Below are positions 1 through 4,695 of a stretch of DNA of 7,498 nucleotides, one piece after another. The first letter of the stretch is position 1, and the number at the start of each line of letters is the position of its first letter. The translations under genes and the position numbers were made by a program. Origin of the DNA: Propionibacteriaceae bacterium (GTDB lineage Bacteria; Actinomycetota; Actinomycetes; Propionibacteriales; Propionibacteriaceae); the NCBI GenBank assembly GCA_031256725.1, contig JAIRQE010000002.1, positions 1 through 7,498 on the forward strand, read 5' to 3'. The notes below the pieces were generated by a model. It saw only the letters and a program-made list of their open reading frames with translations. It did no database searches and was not told the DNA's origin.

Positions 1-840
1 AAGATTTATGATAATGATGGCAATGTCTTGTGTGAGACTACGGTGAGGGCTGATCTGACATGGGAGTGCACACTTGAGGAGCCTCTTGATGATGGTGACT
101 ATGATTTCACTGCAACAGAGACAGACCAGGCTGGACACGAGTCTCCGAAGTCTGATTCTGTGAAGATCACGGTTGATACGGTTGCTCCGTCGAAGCCTGT
201 TGTGAACCCGACCAATGGTTCAAAGGTCAGTGGTACCGCTGATCCCGACTCCACGGTCACGGTCTACGATGAAGACGGTAAGCCAGTACCAGGATGTGTG
301 GACATTCAGCCTGACGAAACGGGTTACTTCGAGTGCACCCCAGAGGAGCCCTTGAAGCCTGGTACGGAAATCACTGTTATTGCTAAGGATGCTGCAGGGA
401 ACACCTCAGATCCAGTGGTCGTCACAGTCAATGCTATTTCGATTGTGATCGCCCACCCGACAAGGATGCCTGACCAGACTCAGGTCGTTACTGGGTTCAA
501 CTTCAACCCTGGCGAAAATGTATGTCTGGTCATCTATTCAGATCCGATGAAGGTTGGCTGTGCTGATGCTGATGCGGAAGGAAAGGTGACATTCAATGCC
601 ATCGACCTCTCTAAACTGGCTGTCGGTACACACACTGCCACCCTCACTGGCGAAGAATCCGGTGCAGTCTCCTCAACCTTCCAGGTTGTTCCGAAGCCTG
701 TCGTAAAGACCGGTGGTACCTCTTTGCCACAGGCAGCATTCCCCCTCGGGATCATGCTCCTGGCCGCAATGATGGTACTCTCCGGTGTGGTGATTCTTCC
801 TCGGGCCAGAAGGACAGAGTCGGTTAAGCAGTTCTCATGA
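1..840 (+). CDS. Cell-surface protein, C-terminal portion (5'-truncated by the window edge): tandem bacterial Ig-like domains plus a C-terminal hydrophobic anchor and sorting-signal-like tail
   Basis: Frame 1 is open from nt 1. The track's 'M' at 28 is a TTG (Leu) inside the ORF, and upstream codons read KIYDNDGNV, continuing the domain. There are two copies of an Ig-like repeat pattern (V-YD-x-DG...C...[W/F]EC-T..EEPL..G....A.D.AGN.S....V-TV), each with a Cys pair. A third beta-sandwich-like segment with two Cys follows. The tail is VVKTGG (700-717), a 23-aa hydrophobic stretch (733-801), then RARR (802-813). The stop TGA is at 838-840 and a strong terminator hairpin follows. Confidence 0.8.
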   Translation, partial: KIYDNDGNVLCETTVRADLTWECTLEEPLDDGDYDFTATETDQAGHESPKSDSVKITVDTVAPSKPVVNPTNGSKVSGTADPDSTVTVYDEDGKPVPGCVDIQPDETGYFECTPEEPLKPGTEITVIAKDAAGNTSDPVVVTVNAISIVIAHPTRMPDQTQVVTGFNFNPGENVCLVIYSDPMKVGCADADAEGKVTFNAIDLSKLAVGTHTATLTGEESGAVSSTFQVVPKPVVKTGGTSLPQAAFPLGIMLLAAMMVLSGVVILPRARRTESVKQFS

Positions 841-887
841 TAGAGGTTGGGTTCTTGTGATCCCCCTTGCTTGAACCCAATCAAAGT

Positions 888-924
888 CGCCCCCCAGGTT
901 TACCTGGGGGGCGTCATTCTATTT
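888..924 (+). terminator. Rho-independent terminator, possibly bidirectional
   Basis: Perfect 11-bp GC-rich stem CGCCCCCCAGG (888-898) / CCTGGGGGGCG (903-913) with a TTTA loop. It is followed by the T-rich TCATTCTATTT (914-924). On the minus strand the same hairpin is followed by ACTTTGATTGGGTT. Confidence 0.75.
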
Positions 925-943
925 GGTCCTGTACTGGTTACTG

Positions 944-1013
944 CTGTGATGCACAGAAATTGTTGATGCACCGGGATTGTGATGTAGAGATTGTGATGGA
1001 GAGCGTTGATGCA
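944..1013. repeat. Degenerate direct-repeat array, five copies of (G/T)TGATG-containing 8-10-mers
   Basis: Copies are CTGTGATG 944-951, TGTTGATG 961-968, TTGTGATG 977-984, TTGTGATG 991-998 and CGTTGATG 1004-1011. An identical 10-mer GATTGTGATG occurs at 975-984 and 989-998. TTGATGCA occurs at 963-970 and 1006-1013. The array is non-coding and lies in the spacer between two convergent genes. Confidence 0.4.
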
Positions 1014-1165
1014 TGGAGAGGGTGGGGGGACATCTTTCTCAAACACTCACGCAGTTGTTTCCTTGAGGAGCAACTCCTCCGTTCGGGGGATACCCAAACA
1101 CGAAGGGTTGAAGAACACGGCAAGCTTGCTTGACGATACCGAAACCAAGGTTTGGGTTGACTGAC

Positions 1166-2329
1166 TCAGTACCAGCCTCGGCTGAGGAAGAAGTTCCAGG
1201 CGCCGCAGGGGGTGGTATAGCGGCCTTTGATGTACCCTAGGCCCCATTTGATCTGGGTGGCGGGGTTTGTTTGCCAGTCAGCGCCGGCAGAAGCCATCTT
1301 GGAGCCAGGAAGAGCTTGGGGGATTCCATAGGCTCCAGAGTGGCGGTTTTGGGCGTTTACACGCCATCCTGACTCCTTTTGCCAGAGGTTCACTAGGCAT
1401 TGGAAGTCTTCGTCGCTCCAGCCACGCTCCTTGACCTGCTCGTAGGCAATCGCCTGGGCAGAGCCCGGGGCTACATCAGCGAGAACGTCGGGGGGTTTCG
1501 TACCCGTTGTTTGGACTTGGGTAACGGGCTCGGTGAGGATGGTTTCTTCAAGGACCTTTTCCTCGAATAGGACGCCATCATGGAAAACCTGGTCGACCGT
1601 TTGGTTCTTGGAACCCTTGACTCCTGCTACGGAGATGGTGACCACGCCCTTGGGCTTTGCTGAATCCTTGGTATCCTCGATCTCGAAGGGGATCTCTACA
1701 TCGCGGTTGATGGTGGTGATGTCGACTCGAGTGAGTGTGATTTCTAGGCCATCAGTGAGTTCTATGCTGGCATCTGGGGTGATCAAATCATCGTCATCCC
1801 AGATAAGTCCTAGCTCCTTGAGGGCTCCTGCGGCTGTACCGAAGCCATGCACCTCGTGGGTTTCACCATCGGCGATGACCACAACATCGTGACCGGTTTC
1901 AACGGTGAGTTCCATTCCTTCGCGGGGGATGGAGGATGTATGAGGGGTTGAGACACGCAAAGAGGATTCGGTGAGGCCAAGATCGTCGATGACGCCAGCA
2001 ACAGTGGTTGAGTAGGTCCAGTACTGCCCAAGCTGACCGTTCAGGGTGAGATCAACAGGGCGTGCATAATCAACCCAGATCACCATATTGTCGGTAACAG
2101 GATCCAGGATGTCGTGGGAGATTCGGTCACGGGGGTTGATGGAGATGTCCTGCTTGGCGAGTGCTTGGGATACTGAACCGTAGACTAGGCGCTGCGAGGT
2201 GGCTTGGCCTTCAACATAGACAGTGACCTCATTTCCGAAGGCCAGGTTGATTCCTAGACCTGCGAGATTGAGCGCCAAGAGCCCAGCGATTGATAAGGCT
2301 GCCGTTTTCACGACGGACTCGTAGGACAC
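1166..2329 (-). CDS. Membrane-anchored cell-wall hydrolase with RpfB-like architecture: N-terminal TM/signal anchor, 3x DUF348 (ubiquitin-like), G5 domain, C-terminal lytic-transglycosylase-like (SLT/GH23-type) domain
   Basis: 387 aa with a GTG start at 2329 preceded by AGGAGA (plus-strand TCTCCT, 2335-2340) at 5-nt spacing. Hydrophobic segment at aa 8-30. Three DUF348-like repeats (VTVYVEGQ..., VDLTLNGQ..., VVVIADGE...). G5-like segment at about aa 200-278, ending TEPVTQVQTTGTK. The C-terminal ~100 aa contain WQKESGW (Glu319 codon = 1373-1375) and SGAYGIPQ, typical of lysozyme-like transglycosylases. Stop at 1166-1168. Confidence 0.85.
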   Translation of the reverse strand: MSYESVVKTAALSIAGLLALNLAGLGINLAFGNEVTVYVEGQATSQRLVYGSVSQALAKQDISINPRDRISHDILDPVTDNMVIWVDYARPVDLTLNGQLGQYWTYSTTVAGVIDDLGLTESSLRVSTPHTSSIPREGMELTVETGHDVVVIADGETHEVHGFGTAAGALKELGLIWDDDDLITPDASIELTDGLEITLTRVDITTINRDVEIPFEIEDTKDSAKPKGVVTISVAGVKGSKNQTVDQVFHDGVLFEEKVLEETILTEPVTQVQTTGTKPPDVLADVAPGSAQAIAYEQVKERGWSDEDFQCLVNLWQKESGWRVNAQNRHSGAYGIPQALPGSKMASAGADWQTNPATQIKWGLGYIKGRYTTPCGAWNFFLSRGWY

Positions 2330-2384
2330 GTAGTTCTCCTGCTGCTTGAAAATTCTTAAGTATCCCCACGGGACTATCGACGAG

Positions 2385-2404
2385 TCTATCCTATTCTGGA
2401 TAGA
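2385..2404. repeat. 7-6-7 inverted repeat in the spacer upstream of the hydrolase gene (candidate operator or weak hairpin)
   Basis: TCTATCC-TATTCT-GGATAGA, with perfect 7-bp arms, located 56-75 nt upstream of the GTG at 2329. Confidence 0.35.
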
Positions 2405-2436
2405 AAGCCAAGAGAATCCTGAGAAATCCTCAGAAA

Positions 2437-2655
2437 CTAAGAGGTGAGGGGTTTCGCCGACAGGGTGTAATTCCCTGCCTCAGCAACAGCGACGGCCACA
2501 GTCTCGAAGTCTAAAGGTACGCCAGAACTGATGATCATGGTGCCATCAAGATTCACTGAAACTCCATCCACACCAGGCAACTCGCTGACCTCTTCCTGGA
2601 CATGAGCCACGCAATTCTTACAAGTCATACCCGTGACACTGTAAGTGGTTTCCAT
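2437..2655 (-). CDS. Heavy-metal-associated (HMA) domain protein, CopZ-like copper chaperone (72 aa)
   Basis: METTYSVTGMTCKNCVAHV... carries the GMTCxxC metal-binding motif (Cys codons at 2620-2622 and 2611-2613), and the length fits a ferredoxin-like HMA fold. ATG at 2653-2655 is preceded by AAGGAG (plus-strand CTCCTT, 2663-2668) at 7-nt spacing. The 106-aa version in the track starts at a TTG (2755-2757) with no RBS and adds a low-complexity leader, so I prefer the internal ATG. Confidence 0.85.
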   Translation of the reverse strand: METTYSVTGMTCKNCVAHVQEEVSELPGVDGVSVNLDGTMIISSGVPLDFETVAVAVAEAGNYTLSAKPLTS

Positions 2656-2854
2656 GGCTGTACTCCTTTGGTGATACTTCTGCTCAGAAATCCATGATAG
2701 TCGTTTGGTGGTACCGAATGTGGAAAAAGGGAGAGAAGAGCCAGAAAGAAAAGCCAAATAGGGAAAGGCAGGCAGTGAAAACCTCCACTATCACAGGGCT
2801 CAAATCAATGCAAGATCAGGACTAAAAGCGGTAGACAGTACGTGTGAAGCCTAT

Positions 2855-3140
2855 TGTGGATAACTTGTGGATAAGCGCAGGATTAAGCGGTTCGAAAGGG
2901 AAATCAGCTGGGTGGGTACACTTCCAAGTAACAGAATCCAAGGGAATGGACTTAGTGATCCACATGCTGGAATTACGCGTAAAACTTGAAGAATTGTGGA
3001 AATCCCGGCGTTTCCCCGAGTGACGCGGCGTGTCAGAAAAGTTTTCCACCGAGAATGAGGGAGTTATCCACAAGTCCTGTGGATAAGTCTGCGCTCAAGG
3101 GCAGATTCATCCACATCTTTGCACATCAGGGTGTGGACCG
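2855..3140. promoter_or_regulatory. DnaA-box cluster (oriC-like, DnaA-titration, or DnaA-controlled dnaB promoter region)
   Basis: Matches to TTATCCACA or its reverse complement TGTGGATAA. Perfect: 2855-2863, 2866-2874, 3064-3072, 3078-3086. One mismatch: TGATCCACA 2956-2964, TCATCCACA 3107-3115. Two mismatches: TGTGGAAAT 2995-3003, TTTTCCACC 3042-3050. Weak: TGTGGACCG 3132-3140. Confidence 0.8.
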
Positions 3141-3308
3141 TGGGTTAGGAATTTGGAGGGAATTCAGAGTAAGTTCTCTCACACTTGAGGTCATGGACGG
3201 CGAAGGAGAAAAACTGTCGGACCCCTGGTCGATACTTGACGATAGAGAAGAAACGATGGTGAAGGGCCGAACCCGACACCACCGTAACAGTGGAGGAAGG
3301 ACGAACTC

Positions 3309-4694
3309 ATGACATTAGCCCATGAGCTTTCGTACACCCGGGAGGACACTGTAGATCGGGTGCCCCCACAGGATGTGGCTGCTGAGCAGTCAGTCCTGGG
3401 TGCAATGCTGATGAGCAAGGATGCCATCGCAAATGTAATGGGGATCGTTAAAGGATACGATTTCTATAAACCGGCCCACGAAATGATCTTTGAAACCATT
3501 CTCAGATTGTATTCTCAGGGAGAACCAGCCGATGCCATTACAGTGGCCGCAGAATTAACAAAAAAAGGCGACATTGGTCGAGTTGGCGGCCACGGGTACA
3601 TCCACGATCTGCTTGCCACTGTCTCTATCGCAGCCAATGCAACTTACTATGCTGACATTGTTCGCGAGAAGGCCATTCTTAGACGTCTCGTGGATGCCTC
3701 CATTCGGATTGCCCAGTTAGGCTACGAAGGCAAAGGCGATGTTGATGAGATCGTCGACCTAGCCCAGCAAACGATCTTCGAGGTCTCTGATGGGGCCTCA
3801 GGTGAGGATTACCGGGTAGTCTCCGATCTGCTCCAAATCACCTGGGACGAGATGGATGCTCTGGCATCCCATGGTGGCCGATTCTCAGGTGTGCCAACAG
3901 GTTTCACAGAGCTGGATTCGTTGACCAATGGTCTTCATGCAGGCCAGATGATCATCGTTGCAGCTCGACCAGCCATCGGTAAATCCACCCTGGCTCTCGA
4001 TTTTGCTCGAAGCGCTGCCATCCAGAATCGGATGACCACTGCCGTCTTCTCACTGGAAATGAGTGCCTCCGAAATCATGATGCGTCTGCTCTCTGCGGAA
4101 GCATCAGTACCACTAGAAAACATTCGTACAGGCCGCCTTGATGACTATTGGGAGAACCTCGGGCAGGTGAGCTCCAGAATCAGTGCTGCACCACTGTTCA
4201 TCGATGATTCCCCCAACCTCACCATGATGGAGATCAGGGCAAAGGCACGCCGGCTCAAGCAACACCATGATCTCAAACTTGTCGTCATCGACTATATCCA
4301 GTTGATGACCTCGGGTCGCAAGGTCGAATCGAGACAGTTGGAGGTCTCGGAATTCTCTCGACAGATCAAACTGATGGCCAAGGAACTCGACATCCCTGTC
4401 ATCGCAATCTCACAGCTCAATCGTGGAACAGAAGCGCGTGCGGACAAGAAACCCATGCTTTCTGATCTGCGTGAATCCGGTTCTTTGGAACAGGATGCCG
4501 ACGTAGTCATCCTGCTCCATAGATCCGACTTCTACAACGAAGCAGATCGGCCAGGAGAAGCAGACCTGATTGTGGCCAAGCATAGAAACGGTCGAACGAA
4601 GACAGTACACGTCATCTTCCAAGGGCGAATGTCACGATTCGTTGATGACCCCGATTCCGGGTTCCGCGAAGCAGATGAACCCTTCGAGGAATAA
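3309..4694 (+). CDS. dnaB: Replicative DNA helicase DnaB
   Basis: 461 aa. N-terminal DnaB signature PPQDVAAEQSVLGAML. Walker A AARPAIGKST (GKST = 3978-3989). Walker B-like LVVIDYIQLM. Also ISQLNR and SDLRESGSLEQDADVVILLHR. ATG at 3309 is preceded by the purine-rich SD GGAGGAAGGA (3292-3301). TAA at 4692-4694. The protein is colinear with no intein insertion. Confidence 0.97.
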   Translation: MTLAHELSYTREDTVDRVPPQDVAAEQSVLGAMLMSKDAIANVMGIVKGYDFYKPAHEMIFETILRLYSQGEPADAITVAAELTKKGDIGRVGGHGYIHDLLATVSIAANATYYADIVREKAILRRLVDASIRIAQLGYEGKGDVDEIVDLAQQTIFEVSDGASGEDYRVVSDLLQITWDEMDALASHGGRFSGVPTGFTELDSLTNGLHAGQMIIVAARPAIGKSTLALDFARSAAIQNRMTTAVFSLEMSASEIMMRLLSAEASVPLENIRTGRLDDYWENLGQVSSRISAAPLFIDDSPNLTMMEIRAKARRLKQHHDLKLVVIDYIQLMTSGRKVESRQLEVSEFSRQIKLMAKELDIPVIAISQLNRGTEARADKKPMLSDLRESGSLEQDADVVILLHRSDFYNEADRPGEADLIVAKHRNGRTKTVHVIFQGRMSRFVDDPDSGFREADEPFEE

Positions 4695-4695
4695 A

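Noticed and set aside
534-884. 116-aa minus-strand ORF antisense to the surface-protein gene; also 1533-1892 (+) and 1810-2031 (-) inside the hydrolase gene, and 3935-4123, 4292-4510, 4410-4622 and 4532-4840 (-) against dnaB
   Set aside because: These are alternative-frame or antisense ORFs within confidently assigned genes. They have no RBS and no recognisable domains.
1065-1079. Hairpin GAGGAG-CAA-CTCCTC as a terminator for the hydrolase gene
   Set aside because: It has only a 6-bp stem with a 3-nt loop, and no U-tract on the minus strand (followed by AAGGAAAC). The strong hairpin at 888-913 is a better candidate bidirectional terminator.
867-1133. 88-aa plus-strand ORF, with minus-strand ORFs 938-1123 and 1047-1247, in the convergent spacer
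   Set aside because: The plus ORF starts at a TTG, reads straight through the strong terminator hairpin (888-913) and has no SD. The minus ORFs overlap the 3' end of the hydrolase gene out of frame. Their Cys/Arg/Ser-rich composition looks non-coding.
2330-2436. c-di-AMP (ydaO-type) riboswitch upstream of the Rpf-like hydrolase, as seen upstream of some actinobacterial rpf and cell-wall hydrolase genes
   Set aside because: The spacer is only 107 nt, shorter than that riboswitch class. I could not recognise its conserved pseudo-symmetric core by eye. A covariance-model search (Rfam ydaO-yuaA) would be decisive.
2656-2757. N-terminal 34-aa extension of the copZ-like ORF, giving the 106-aa version in the track
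   Set aside because: The extension starts at a TTG with no RBS and encodes a non-HMA, low-complexity leader. The internal ATG at 2655 has a perfect AAGGAG at 7 nt and yields a canonical ~70-aa HMA protein.
2822-3073. 83-aa minus-strand ORF, with 2986-3312 (+) and 3191-3427 (-), inside the copZ-dnaB spacer
   Set aside because: The repeated MWIT/LIHK peptides are simply translations of the TTATCCACA boxes. The starts lack SD sequences (2986 is a TTG), and the composition is unlike the real proteins in the window.
3193-3312. Possible 39-aa upstream ORF (MDGEGEKLSDPW...) whose TGA overlaps the dnaB ATG (ATGA), suggesting translational coupling
   Set aside because: The only SD-like GAGG sits 2 nt from its ATG, which is too close. 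The peptide is unremarkable, and the ATGA overlap can arise by chance. dnaB has its own strong SD inside this ORF. Worth a glance only in ribosome-profiling data.
3309-4694. Possible intein or mobile insertion in dnaB, common in some actinobacterial and cyanobacterial DnaB genes
   Set aside because: At 461 aa the protein is of standard length and colinear through the Walker A, Walker B and C-terminal motifs. No extra block or Cys/Ser-His-Asn splice-junction signature is present.
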